This document shows positions 39,522 through 49,107 of a DNA stretch of 64,000 nucleotides, in pieces (the stretch's first letter is position 1; each line of letters opens with the position of its first letter). The notes under the pieces are model-generated. The model saw nothing but the letters and a program-made list of their open reading frames with translations, ran no database searches and was not told the DNA's origin. A program made the translations under genes and the position numbers. Source of the DNA: a virus (lineage: Duplodnaviria; Caudoviricetes); the IMG/VR virus record IMGVR_UViG_3300028197_000002; one strand, given 5' to 3'.

Positions 39522-39920
39522 ATGAAGTTAGTTTTAACAGCCGCCCTTTGCCTTGTTCCTGCTCTTGCTTTTGCTGGTGAAAAGCCAACAAGTGAGGAAC
39601 CAACAGTTACTGCAACAGCCGCAGTAGATCAGGAAGTGGTTGAGGAAGTTGAAAGTGGCTGCTCGGACGGTGATTGCAACCTACGCACTCGTCGTGTATG
39701 GCCCCTTAGAGTAGTAGAAGTATTCGACTGCAAAGACGGATGCTGCAACTCTAGGATGCGTGTCGTTACGCCTAGATGCAGAACCACTTGTTGCGAAGAA
39801 GAAGCATGTTGCGAAAGTGCATGTGAATGTGAAGACTCATGTGATGATGCAACTCGTTGTCGCCCTCGCCTTCGCCTTTTCAGAAGGTGGAGAACAACAA
39901 AAACAAGTTGCTGTAACTGA
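39522..39920 (+). CDS. Secreted Cys-rich protein (planctomycete-like)
   Basis: AAGGAG SD, signal peptide AFA, CC-rich body, RLRLF motif. Confidence 0.7.
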   Translation: MKLVLTAALCLVPALAFAGEKPTSEEPTVTATAAVDQEVVEEVESGCSDGDCNLRTRRVWPLRVVEVFDCKDGCCNSRMRVVTPRCRTTCCEEEACCESACECEDSCDDATRCRPRLRLFRRWRTTKTSCCN

Positions 39921-39960
39921 ATTATATTATATTAAAATAAATTATTATAATTAATTTTAA

Positions 39961-40000
39961 AGAAGATGCGTTCTTTCTAGTTCGCATCTTCTTTTTTTTT
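39961..40000 (+). terminator. Intrinsic terminator
   Basis: AGAAGATGCG...CGCATCTTCT followed by T-run. Confidence 0.8.
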
Positions 40001-40089
40001 AAATTTTTCTAAAGTAGTTTGCGGTACTAATGTGGGAATAGATGTTCTAGCCCCGTTGTAAAAAGTTTTTAAAAAGGTAAAAGTATTTA

Positions 40090-40455
40090 ATGAAATTAAA
40101 TGCAAGGCAATTAGCTGAAAATTTAGGAATTTCATACGTGGTTTCATCAGGCTTGATTAAACTGCTTTTGGAAATGAAACAAATTGAATTAGCTGAAAAG
40201 GTTTTCCATAGTAGTGGAAAAGGAAAGCCAACAAAAATTTATAATTTTCCAGAAGAAGTATCCATTGCTATCAAAGAAGTTGTTCAGGCAGAGCCTGTGG
40301 TTGACGCCCTAGACTTCACTATGGTTGAGGAACCAGTTGCAGAACCAGTTGCAGAAGAAGTTGTAGACAACCGAAAAATGGTTACAGCAAATGCCGGTGA
40401 AAGTTGGTATTACGAAGACGAAGATGATGACGACGACTACGTTGATGTTGATTAA
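40090..40455 (+). CDS. Winged-HTH-like DNA-binding protein with acidic tail; paralog of 47335
   Basis: LNARQLAENLGISYVVSSGLI...SGKGKPTKIY. Confidence 0.6.
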   Translation: MKLNARQLAENLGISYVVSSGLIKLLLEMKQIELAEKVFHSSGKGKPTKIYNFPEEVSIAIKEVVQAEPVVDALDFTMVEEPVAEPVAEEVVDNRKMVTANAGESWYYEDEDDDDDYVDVD

Positions 40456-40572
40456 ATATAAAATATCAAAATTAGTTTACAGTATTGTCAGGTGACGATC
40501 TGACCGTTCGAGTCTACCTTGCGGTGCGGGCGAAGAACGATAAAAGGATAACCGCTTTTTAATTTAACCTAA

Positions 40573-41217
40573 TTGCTGATTTTTGATGAAATGAAAGAAT
40601 ATATTTATCAATTAAAAATAAATGGCTACACGTTTCCAGCCGTTGCTTTGTGGAATAGCCTCGGTTTTTATTGTGGATACTTAGGCATTGATGAAACCAA
40701 TGGTTTACACGTATCTGAAGAAGATAGACCTGACAACGGCCCTCGTAGCTCAGTTCGTTCCGGCCACGGTTATGTTGATATCAACGTACATGGAGGGGTT
40801 ACTTTTTCTGGTTATTTCTCAATTTTGGATAAAGCTTACCATGGATGCTTAGGCCATTTTGTTGAACCCGTTTGTAATAGTCATGAAGAAATTAAAGTTA
40901 GTTCAATGCTGGTGTCGGATCATCGAGAGTTTGCAGAAGATGCTTGTCAAAGCTTTACTTGGCTGGGTTTTGATTGCGGACATCATAATGACAGAACTAG
41001 CCTGAATCCTGATGGCAAGGAAAGAAACATAGATTTTGTTTTAAATAATATTAAAATATTAGCAAAAGAAGCTGCTGGATCTAGTCATGAAATATTTCAG
41101 CGTCACACGCATTTAATGAAAATAACTGAACAAGAACATAACATGATGATGGCTTTAGCTGTGACAGGGGAATGTTGGGCAGAAAAATACATTCGGGATT
41201 TAAAAGTTAGTAACTAA
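40573..41217 (+). CDS. Hypothetical protein with C-terminal HNxM module
   Basis: GFYCGY, VHGGVTF, WLGFDCGH; C-terminus EQEHNMMMALAVTGECWAEKY. Confidence 0.65.
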   Translation: MLIFDEMKEYIYQLKINGYTFPAVALWNSLGFYCGYLGIDETNGLHVSEEDRPDNGPRSSVRSGHGYVDINVHGGVTFSGYFSILDKAYHGCLGHFVEPVCNSHEEIKVSSMLVSDHREFAEDACQSFTWLGFDCGHHNDRTSLNPDGKERNIDFVLNNIKILAKEAAGSSHEIFQRHTHLMKITEQEHNMMMALAVTGECWAEKYIRDLKVSN

Positions 41218-41229
41218 TTTAGATTAAAT

Positions 41230-41301
41230 GGCCCTATCGTCTAGTGGTTAGGACACGGGATTTTCATTCCCGTAACCGGAGTTCGACTCTCCGTAGGGTC
41301 A
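41230..41301 (+). tRNA. tRNA-Glu(UUC)
   Basis: CGGGA-TTTTCAT-TCCCG arm; GGCCCTA/TAGGGTC acceptor. Confidence 0.92.
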
Positions 41302-41305
41302 CTTT

Positions 41306-41378
41306 GCTGCTGTAACTCAGTTGGTAGAGTAGCTGATTTGTAATCAGCCTGTCGTCAGTTCGAATCTGACCAGCAGCT
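41306..41378 (+). tRNA. tRNA-Thr(UGU)
   Basis: GCTGA-TTTGTAA-TCAGC arm; GCTGCTG/CAGCAGC acceptor. Confidence 0.92.
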
Positions 41379-41455
41379 TTCAATTAGGTATATGCTGATC
41401 CAAAATTAATTTATTTTAAACTTAGTTTCTGGTATAATAATAAACACGGAGGTGT

Positions 41456-41710
41456 TTGATGTTTAAAAAGCTTTTGTTTTGGATTTATGGCATGAAGGAG
41501 TATGACATGAATTGGGTTTTTATTTGTTCGAAAAACGATGCGGTTGATTACGTAAAGATTTTTAATGATTACTTTGATGGCGCAGATTATGCTGATGAGT
41601 ATATAAAACAATACGATAGCGATGCAGAATTACCGAACTATAGAATGAATGAGTTCTATAGAACTGAAAATTTAACAGTTTCTTTAATAAGAGAAACAAT
41701 AAATACATAG
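41456..41710 (+). CDS. Hypothetical protein
   Basis: GGAGGT SD after promoter motif at 41423. Confidence 0.6.
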   Translation: MMFKKLLFWIYGMKEYDMNWVFICSKNDAVDYVKIFNDYFDGADYADEYIKQYDSDAELPNYRMNEFYRTENLTVSLIRETINT

Positions 41711-41731
41711 AAAGTAGTTTACGGTTTCAAG

Positions 41732-43564
41732 ATGAACAAGCCTATTCGGACAAAGTATTCTGGTCCCTGTTGCAAATGTGATGAACATGTTCCTGCTGAA
41801 GGTAAGTCTAGAGGCTATGCCCTGAATGAAAATGGGAAATGGAATCGTTATTGCAAGACTTGTTTGCCTGTTAAGGTTGAAGAAGAAAAACGTGAGCTAA
41901 CCATTGATGGTAAAATTCTGATGCCATTTGAAAGGTCCTCTTTGAACTTGCTGAGGAGCATTCCCGGAGCTTGGTTTGATAGGAGTGATGTTTGTTGGAG
42001 AGTTTCTCTCAAAGAAGAAGATAGATTTCGTCTTCTTGAAGTTGCTGATCAGCTCCAACTTACTGTGCCTGAAGATCTAAGAATTGCTAGCGAACAAAAG
42101 TTAGTCGCTGAAGATAGTGGCTTATACAACTTTCAGGTTGAAGGCGTCGAGTGGTTGTCTAGAGGAAAGTATCGGCTTTTGGCAGATGAGATGGGACTTG
42201 GAAAAACCGTGCAGACTCTGATGGCACTTCCTAAGAATGCAAAATGTTTGGTAATAGCTCCAGCAGCAGTAAAATTCAATTGGAAAGAAGAAGTTCAAAA
42301 ATGGAGATCAGATTTAAATCCTTTTGTTATCTCCGGGTCTGATAATTTTCGTTTTCCTGCTGAGGGAGAAGTTGTAATTGTAAATTATGAAATTCTTCCG
42401 AAATACTTAGAGCCAAAGAAGAAGACTGCTACAAGCAAGTCTTGGGATGTACAGGTTTTCTGGCCCAACAAAGAACTTGAAAAGTCAGCTTCAGAATCAT
42501 ATTTAATTATCGATGAAGCTCAAAGAGTTAAAAATTACAAGACTCAAAGAAGCAAGCGAGTTCGAGGACTCTGCATGACATCAAAGTTCGTGTGGGCCTT
42601 AACAGGAACTCCTTTGGAGAATAAACCTCAAGATCTATACGGAATTCTTGACGCTCTTCAGATGCAGATGCAAGTGTTTGGTGGTTGGAAGCGATTTGTT
42701 AAATTAATGAATGGATATCAAGATAGCTGGGGCGGATATGTTTGGGGAGAACCAAATGCTTTAGTTCCAGATCTGCTCAGAAGAGTAATGCTTAGAAGAA
42801 AACGATATGATGTTCTCCCGGATCTTCCACATAAAACTTATTCTGATGTGAAAGTTGATCTTCCTAGTAGCTTAAGAAACTACATGGATGAACTTTGGGA
42901 TGAATGGGGCAATGTAATTAAAGATAACAAGCTTCCTCCTTTTGAAAGATTCTCTGAGATCCGCAACAAGTTGGCCATTAGCCGAATTGGAGCAATGATT
43001 GACTTGGTCGAAGATCATGAAGAAGAAGATGTGCCTTTGGTTGTTTTCTCTGCTCATCTCAAACCTTTAGACAAATTAGCTGAACGAGATGGTTGGGAAA
43101 AAATAACTGGAGCCACATCCGCTGAGAGACGTCAACAAATCGTAAATGAATTTCAAGAAGGAAATTTAAAAGGTGTCGCGGTTAGTATTAAAGCAGGCGG
43201 AGTTGGTTTGACTTTAACACGAGCGTGGAAAGCTATCTTTGTAGATTTAGATTGGGTTCCGGGAGCTAATCAACAAGCTGAAGACCGCATATGCAGAATT
43301 GGACAAGAGTCTCAAAAAGTGGAAATTGTACGTATGGTTTCTAACCATGTGATGGATCTTCATGTTCTTGAGCTTATTCATCTCAAAAATTACATAATTG
43401 AAAAAAGTGTTGAGCAAGCAACTGAGATTCAAGTTAAAAAACCTGAAGCAATTACAGAAACTGATGAAGAATTTGAGATAAGAATGGCCAAGGCTGCTCT
43501 AAAAAGCAAACCTGATAACATCTTTTTCCCTGAATTTACTCCAGATCCTCTAATTCCTTTTTAA
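41732..43564 (+). CDS. SNF2/SMARCAL1-like helicase
   Basis: LADEMGLGKT, IIDEAQ, LTGTPLEN, GGVGLTL, QAEDRICRIGQ. Confidence 0.92.
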   Translation: MNKPIRTKYSGPCCKCDEHVPAEGKSRGYALNENGKWNRYCKTCLPVKVEEEKRELTIDGKILMPFERSSLNLLRSIPGAWFDRSDVCWRVSLKEEDRFRLLEVADQLQLTVPEDLRIASEQKLVAEDSGLYNFQVEGVEWLSRGKYRLLADEMGLGKTVQTLMALPKNAKCLVIAPAAVKFNWKEEVQKWRSDLNPFVISGSDNFRFPAEGEVVIVNYEILPKYLEPKKKTATSKSWDVQVFWPNKELEKSASESYLIIDEAQRVKNYKTQRSKRVRGLCMTSKFVWALTGTPLENKPQDLYGILDALQMQMQVFGGWKRFVKLMNGYQDSWGGYVWGEPNALVPDLLRRVMLRRKRYDVLPDLPHKTYSDVKVDLPSSLRNYMDELWDEWGNVIKDNKLPPFERFSEIRNKLAISRIGAMIDLVEDHEEEDVPLVVFSAHLKPLDKLAERDGWEKITGATSAERRQQIVNEFQEGNLKGVAVSIKAGGVGLTLTRAWKAIFVDLDWVPGANQQAEDRICRIGQESQKVEIVRMVSNHVMDLHVLELIHLKNYIIEKSVEQATEIQVKKPEAITETDEEFEIRMAKAALKSKPDNIFFPEFTPDPLIPF

Positions 43565-43628
43565 AAAAAATAAAAGTAGTTTGTAGTATTCTTCAGGAAC
43601 AATAAACTTTATTTCTTCTGAGGTACAA

Positions 43629-44276
43629 ATGACTATTTCATTTCAAGAGATTTGCTCAAAATTATCTTCTGACGACTCCTTTGAGTCTCGATTCTGTCAC
43701 TTCATGCGTTTCGTAGGTATTGAACAGGTAAATGTTTGTTACAGTGGTGGCGGAGATAGTGGTGCTATAGAATCTATTGAAGTTCATGCTCCAAAAATGG
43801 ATGAAGAAGTCAAGAGAAAAATTGAAGGAGAGTTGTTGCAGAAAGAAGATGATTTAGGACATTGGATTTGGGAAAGGCATGGAGGTTTTGCTGATGGTGG
43901 TGGATACTGGGTAAGCGGTAGAGTTGTGTATAAAGTAGGAAATGACGAGAAAGAAGATCGCGTTTTGATTGAAGGAAGTGATTATGAAACTGAGTATGGC
44001 GACTATAACGAAGAAACAGAAGAATACGAGAATGAAACAGAAAACGAATCCTCTTTTGAAGATTCTTGTTGGCAAAGAGATGAAGGAGAAGTTTACGGTG
44101 GGCAACGTGTTGGGTCTATGTTCGGGTCTAATGAACGAAAGACTGACTTGGGATTGTTGATAAGTTATGCAAGACTTTCTTGTAAAGAAGTCCCAGAAGA
44201 AATCCATAACATGATTCTAACTGCGGCTTCAATGGGTGATGAAGAAGCAAAAGATTACATAAAAAATAAAAATTAG
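43629..44276 (+). CDS. DUF6878-like protein with C-terminal HNxM module
   Basis: YSGGGDSGAIE; C-terminus EVPEEIHNMILTAASMGDEEAKDY. Confidence 0.6.
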   Translation: MTISFQEICSKLSSDDSFESRFCHFMRFVGIEQVNVCYSGGGDSGAIESIEVHAPKMDEEVKRKIEGELLQKEDDLGHWIWERHGGFADGGGYWVSGRVVYKVGNDEKEDRVLIEGSDYETEYGDYNEETEEYENETENESSFEDSCWQRDEGEVYGGQRVGSMFGSNERKTDLGLLISYARLSCKEVPEEIHNMILTAASMGDEEAKDYIKNKN

Positions 44277-44316
44277 TTTACGGTAAAGGTATCAACAACA
44301 ATTTTGGAATAGAATT

Positions 44317-44766
44317 ATGATACCTGTCAAAGAATTTTTCACTGGTGGTCGTGCAACCTTTACTCTTGAAGTACCTGAGTTGTTTGCAAATACAACAGGT
44401 TGCAGACCACATTACACTTATCGAATTTATAGAAAGAAAGATAAGAAGGACGAAAACAAAGAAGTCTTTTTTGTTAGTTTGAAAACTGGCCCTGAAGATG
44501 GAAATTATGCGTACTTAGGAATTTTTAATACTGAAACAGGACAGATTGCACTTACAAAGAAGTCTATTGGAACTGATGATTGTTGGTCAGTTAGATTTTT
44601 CAGAAGAATCATGGCGAATATATTTTGTGAAGAGCCTGATAACATTACAGAAGCGGGCTTTGATGTTCACCATGAAGGCAAATGTGGGAAGTGTGGTCGA
44701 AAACTAACAGTTCCGGTTAGTATCAAAACAGGTTTAGGGCCGATTTGTTCAAAAAGAAACTCTTAA
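44317..44766 (+). CDS. DUF6011-like protein
   Basis: HHEGKCGKCGRKLTVPVSIKTGLGPIC. Confidence 0.75.
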   Translation: MIPVKEFFTGGRATFTLEVPELFANTTGCRPHYTYRIYRKKDKKDENKEVFFVSLKTGPEDGNYAYLGIFNTETGQIALTKKSIGTDDCWSVRFFRRIMANIFCEEPDNITEAGFDVHHEGKCGKCGRKLTVPVSIKTGLGPICSKRNS

Positions 44767-44782
44767 GAAAGAAGCGTTTGAA

Positions 44783-45385
44783 TTGCGTAAACTATTTTTA
44801 ATTTTAATTTTAACTGTCTTTTCTAGTGCCGCCGCACTTGCTGGAGACATCCATGATTTAACAACGAATTTAATTAACCAGCAAAGAAGAAACAATGGAT
44901 GTTCTACTTTAAGGCAAAACCAGAAACTTCAGCAAGCGGCTCAGTCACATGCTGAATGGATGGCAAAGGTAGGAAAAATGGAGCATGTCCAACAACATGA
45001 TAATCCACGAAGTTTTGCTCATCATAAAGTTTGTGATTGGATTCATATTAACAGAATAATTAAAACAGGTTATTTTAATTATGAAGATTGTTTTTATGCT
45101 AGGCAGTTAAACAATGGCAAAGGTGGAGTCGTTGCAGAGACCGTACAAGGCATAGACGACATGTCAGGTGAAATCATAGCGGCTGGGTGGGGAGCGTCTA
45201 ATATGGGCTATTCTAGGCAGCTTCAGCAGCATGTAGTTCCGGGTTGGATGAAAAGTCCCGGTCACAGGAAAGAAATTTTAACTAGAAATTATGAAGAGAT
45301 GGGTGTAGGTTACGCTGTTGGCCCAAAAGGTAGCTTTTGGTGTGTGACCTTTGGCGATCCAAAACGAACATCATCAATGAGATAA
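44783..45385 (+). CDS. Secreted CAP/SCP-domain protein
   Basis: Signal peptide; INQQR, AAQSHA, WMKSPGHRKEIL, EMGVGYA. Confidence 0.85.
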   Translation: MRKLFLILILTVFSSAAALAGDIHDLTTNLINQQRRNNGCSTLRQNQKLQQAAQSHAEWMAKVGKMEHVQQHDNPRSFAHHKVCDWIHINRIIKTGYFNYEDCFYARQLNNGKGGVVAETVQGIDDMSGEIIAAGWGASNMGYSRQLQQHVVPGWMKSPGHRKEILTRNYEEMGVGYAVGPKGSFWCVTFGDPKRTSSMR

Positions 45386-45400
45386 TTCGATTCGATTCGC

Positions 45401-45458
45401 ACAAAAACTTAAGATTCTAGTCTTCTTTGATAGAAGTGCTTGAATCTTAAGTTTTTGT
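45401..45458 (+). terminator. 17-bp perfect inverted repeat (terminator-like)
   Basis: ACAAAAACTTAAGATTC 45401-45417 / GAATCTTAAGTTTTTGT 45442-45458; begins at a GCACAAA box (45399). Confidence 0.7.
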
Positions 45459-45483
45459 CTTAACGATTAAATAATATTTAATT

Positions 45484-45583
45484 GCACAAATCTTAATAAT
45501 TAAATTAAATTAAATAGGTTCTGTTTAAGATTTAAGTTTTCCTTATGCCGATAAAATAATATTTAATATCTTGACCTTTATCC
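45484..45583 (+). repeat. GCACAA-TTGACCTTTATCC module (87-bp spacing)
   Basis: 13-mer at 45571-45583. Confidence 0.85.
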
Positions 45584-45750
45584 ATAAATAAAACTTTCCG
45601 TATAGTTTCTTGTAATTTACAGGAGGATTCAAAATGACAATATCAATAGACTCAGTTTTGTTTTTTGCATGGATTGTCGCTTCTGCTCTGTTCGCTTTAT
45701 TATAAAAAATTGCGATTTAGTTTATAGTAAAAATAACCAACCAACCTACA

Positions 45751-46056
45751 ATGCAAGGAAAAGCAATGAAAGTCGAAAAGTTTGCCAAAGAACTGCATCA
45801 GTTTCTAAAGTCTAATGGAATGGGAACAGAACCAACCTACTATACGATGCAAGAGTGGCAAGACAGAGGTGAACCGTATGGAAACGATGCGGAAGGTGGA
45901 ACGCTAACTAGCGAGGGCGAACTTTGCAATGCTCTTACTCTTGTTGACACTTTACCTCGTGCTTTATTCTTAGACAAGTTTACAGAATGGTGTCGTGAAC
46001 GAGGATTTTTCTGGGAGCAAGGATTTCATTGGACTGTTCATTTTTATAGAAATTAA
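45751..46056 (+). CDS. Hypothetical protein
   Basis: Own promoter at 45718. Confidence 0.65.
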   Translation: MQGKAMKVEKFAKELHQFLKSNGMGTEPTYYTMQEWQDRGEPYGNDAEGGTLTSEGELCNALTLVDTLPRALFLDKFTEWCRERGFFWEQGFHWTVHFYRN

Positions 46057-46129
46057 ATAATAAAAAATCCAGAGTAGTTTATGGTAAGAGTATCAACCAA
46101 CTTTCAACCAACTTTCAGGAAACATTCAG

Positions 46130-46660
46130 ATGCCTACTATTACCAAAAACCAACTTGTAGATCGTCTTATGAATCTTCGTGGTGCTAAGTTTACTACGAT
46201 TGTTGCTGAGACTGATCCACGGATGCTAAAAACTGGAAACCCTTTTGTTGGGGCTACCAAAATCAGTCGTGTGAACGGCGTGGTCAACTGGATTTACCAG
46301 AACTCGGTAAACAATCAGCGGGTTCGTGAAAATCAACCGTTAGATCAACAGGGAGAGATTGAGCATTTCTCTCCAGAACCTCGCAAGTGGGGACAAAGGC
46401 TCAAGCATGAGACTGGTCATGTGGCTCCTCTTGTTGAGCATAAAGGCAAGCATTACCTTGAACTCAAGGTAGAGCGTTCACTTGGACATGAGTATCGTTT
46501 GAATGGCGAAACTTTGGACTCGCAGGATGTTTCCGAGTTTCTTCCTAAGCGTAAAGAAGGAGCAAGGCAGAAGGTAGACAATCCAGTTGTACTGCGAGAT
46601 TACAGTATCGAAAACATCCGTCAGATTACGATAGACGGAGTGATTTACGAAGTGGAATGA
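46130..46660 (+). CDS. Hypothetical protein, close paralog of 55986-56531
   Basis: High amino-acid identity end to end. Confidence 0.8.
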   Translation: MPTITKNQLVDRLMNLRGAKFTTIVAETDPRMLKTGNPFVGATKISRVNGVVNWIYQNSVNNQRVRENQPLDQQGEIEHFSPEPRKWGQRLKHETGHVAPLVEHKGKHYLELKVERSLGHEYRLNGETLDSQDVSEFLPKRKEGARQKVDNPVVLRDYSIENIRQITIDGVIYEVE

Positions 46661-46672
46661 AGTTGGTTGGTG

Positions 46673-46708
46673 AAGCCAGACTAGGATCATACCCTAGTCT
46701 GGTTTTTT
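46673..46708 (+). terminator. Intrinsic terminator, CTAGGATCATACCCTAG family
   Basis: CCAGACTAGG-ATCATAC-CCTAGTCTGG-T6; same sequence at 52678. Confidence 0.8.
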
Positions 46709-46720
46709 CATTTGTTTATC

Positions 46721-46733
46721 TTGACCTTTATCC
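46721..46733 (+). repeat. TTGACCTTTATCC 13-mer
   Basis: Exact copy after terminator. Confidence 0.85.
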
Positions 46734-46791
46734 AACTTGTTCTATTAGAAATTAAATAATAAAAAAATCAGAAGTAGTTTACGGTATAAAA

Positions 46792-47274
46792 ATGTCTAAG
46801 CAAATGTTCATCATCAGAGGCTTGAGTGGCTGCGGCAAAAGCACCATCGCAAAAAGTCTTATTGAAAAAGGTAAGATCGAAGCAGATTGTGTATTTGAAG
46901 CAGACATGTGGTTTTGTCAAAACATTCTGGGAGAGTACCGTTTCAATTCATCTAAACTTCCTGTTGCTCATGCGTGGTGTCAGCAATCCACAGAGAAAGC
47001 ATTGGCAGAGGGAAAAAGCGTAGCAATCGCTAATACATTTACCGAGAAATGGGAAATGAAACCTTACGTTGTTATGGCAAGGAAACTTAACGTCGAAATT
47101 AAAATCATTGATGTTTTCGATGGTGGATTAACTGATGCTGAACTTGCCAAGAGAAATACTCACGGTGTGCCAGAAAAAGTAATCTCTCAAATGAGAGCAA
47201 GGTATCAACACGATTTCTATTACGAAGACCATTTCATTCGCTCGATCTGGTGGACAAGTCCATCTTTAATATAA
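46792..47274 (+). CDS. P-loop kinase (AAA_33 / N4BP2-like polynucleotide kinase)
   Basis: IRGLSGCGKST, EADMWF, VAHAWCQ, IANTF, RNTHGVP. Confidence 0.8.
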   Translation: MSKQMFIIRGLSGCGKSTIAKSLIEKGKIEADCVFEADMWFCQNILGEYRFNSSKLPVAHAWCQQSTEKALAEGKSVAIANTFTEKWEMKPYVVMARKLNVEIKIIDVFDGGLTDAELAKRNTHGVPEKVISQMRARYQHDFYYEDHFIRSIWWTSPSLI

Positions 47275-47334
47275 AAAAATCAGATGTAGTATGCGGTAAT
47301 GATGTTCAACTCAACCCCAAAGGAAAACATATAA

Positions 47335-47532
47335 ATGAAACTGACCAGTAAAGAAGTAGCTGAAAAGTTTAATATTAAATATACAGTTGCAGCAGGTCTT
47401 ATGAGTTTGTTACAAAAACAAGGTCAAGCAAAAGTTGTAGAAAAAAGATTTCATCAAAGTGGCAAAGGACAACCGATTAGAGTCTATGAAGTGAATGATG
47501 AATGTTTAGTTGATTTTAACAAGGCATCCTAA
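47335..47532 (+). CDS. Winged-HTH-like protein, paralog of 40090
   Basis: LTSKEVAEKFNIKY...SGKGQPIRVY. Confidence 0.6.
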   Translation: MKLTSKEVAEKFNIKYTVAAGLMSLLQKQGQAKVVEKRFHQSGKGQPIRVYEVNDECLVDFNKAS

Positions 47533-47534
47533 AT

Positions 47535-48347
47535 ATGGCGAATCAAGATTGGGTTCTTATCAACATAAAGCAGTATTGCTTTGACAATTCCAAAAAGAAT
47601 GATGTAGAATTCTTTGAGGCAATGTTGTTGGGCATGTTAGATTCTGTTACTAAAATTAAAGTAGATGGAAACAACTCTCATAATTATTATGATTGGTACT
47701 TATGCAAAAAAGCATATGAACACTCAAAGATTATTCGCAAAGGTGAAAGATGGCCTGAAGCAGAGAAGCATATTAAAAAATGCGCCGAGATTGCATATCT
47801 TTATGCAAAGTTTGTGATTAAGGGTAGATGGCCTGAAGCAGAACGATACATTAAAAAAGAAAGGTCTGCTGCGAGAAAGTATGCAAAGTATATTTTGAAA
47901 GCACCTTGGAAAAGTGCGGAGAAAAAAATCTTTGATATTGGAGAAACATTTAGCACGTTTGGAACGAGTGACAGTTTTGACTATGTCTTAAATGTTACTA
48001 AGAAACCAAATAAAAAATTAGAGAGTTCTATACAGAATTGGTTTATTGAAAACAATGATCCAACTCTGTCTCAACGAGAATACATGAAAAAAAGTATTCT
48101 TAAAGATGCAATGAGGTATCTTAAAAAAGTAAAAAAATCTCAATGGAAAGAATTGGAAATAGAAATTACCAAGTCGCCGCATATCGGTGAATATTGGAAA
48201 ATTATAAAAAAGGATAATGAGGCTAGCGATATATTTTATAATAAAGTTATAATTGCTGCTATGATGAAAGAAAATAACGAAGATGTGAATTATGCCAAAT
48301 CGTGGTTGAAAAGTAATCCTAGAAATACTAAAGATACTGCTGCGTAA
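47535..48347 (+). CDS. Helical-repeat protein (YA...GRWPEAE repeats)
   Basis: GERWPEAE...YAKFVIKGRWPEAE...YAKYILKAPW. Confidence 0.7.
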   Translation: MANQDWVLINIKQYCFDNSKKNDVEFFEAMLLGMLDSVTKIKVDGNNSHNYYDWYLCKKAYEHSKIIRKGERWPEAEKHIKKCAEIAYLYAKFVIKGRWPEAERYIKKERSAARKYAKYILKAPWKSAEKKIFDIGETFSTFGTSDSFDYVLNVTKKPNKKLESSIQNWFIENNDPTLSQREYMKKSILKDAMRYLKKVKKSQWKELEIEITKSPHIGEYWKIIKKDNEASDIFYNKVIIAAMMKENNEDVNYAKSWLKSNPRNTKDTAA

Positions 48348-48363
48348 TGCCGATAATATAAAT

Positions 48364-48579
48364 ATGGCTTCATTCACACAGAGACGAGTTATGTTTAAAA
48401 TAATAATGTTTGTAGTGGAGATGACAGGATTCACAGTGGTAGTTTTATGTTGCACTGGATGTACTACTAGCAAAGCAGTTATTCATGCAAATAAAACTGT
48501 GAATATGGAGCAAGACCCAATGCAAGGAGATATACAAGTCGGATTAAGACTTGAGTTTTTCAGAGATCATAGAAGATAA
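48364..48579 (+). CDS. Putative small lipoprotein
   Basis: Hydrophobic segment ending CTGC. Confidence 0.5.
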   Translation: MASFTQRRVMFKIIMFVVEMTGFTVVVLCCTGCTTSKAVIHANKTVNMEQDPMQGDIQVGLRLEFFRDHRR

Positions 48580-48667
48580 GTTTACTTTTTAAAATTAAGA
48601 ACTAAAATATAAAATATAAAAAGTAGTTTCTGGTAAAGATGTCAACCAACCAACTTGGAGAAATTCA

Positions 48668-48823
48668 ATGGACGAAATCAATCAACTGCTTGTAGAGTGT
48701 GCCAGTTACGATCAGCGTGATCCGTGTGACGAATTGGATTTTTGGGAATGGGCTGATATGTTGGGGATTGTGGATGAGTTCGTTCCTCCTGAGTATCAGG
48801 ACTTTTTCTCAGATGTCGCGTGA
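48668..48823 (+). CDS. Acidic micro-protein (51 aa)
   Basis: GGAG SD; MDEINQLLVECASYDQRDPCDELDFWEWADMLG... Confidence 0.6.
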   Translation: MDEINQLLVECASYDQRDPCDELDFWEWADMLGIVDEFVPPEYQDFFSDVA

Positions 48824-49088
48824 AAAAATACAAAAAAGCATTACGTGTGAACATTGCGGAGGGATTTTCATAATCTCTGTCGATAAAGAAAATTATGAAA
48901 ATTGGGAAAAGGGAGAATTTATTCAAGACGCTCTCAAAGAAAATACAGCGGCGGAAAGAGAACTTTTAGTTTCTGCTACTTGTGGTGATTGCTGGAATAA
49001 AATGTTTCCAGACTACTGTGACGATGATGATACGAACGACGATGATGATTACTCTTGCATGGAGCAAGAGTACGAAGATTTCAACTAA
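48813..49088 (+). CDS. Zn-finger protein (start revised from track 48699)
   Basis: CEHC...ERELLVSATCGDCW. Confidence 0.6.
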   Translation: MSREKIQKSITCEHCGGIFIISVDKENYENWEKGEFIQDALKENTAAERELLVSATCGDCWNKMFPDYCDDDDTNDDDDYSCMEQEYEDFN

Positions 49089-49107
49089 ACTTTGAGGTTA
49101 AAAAACA

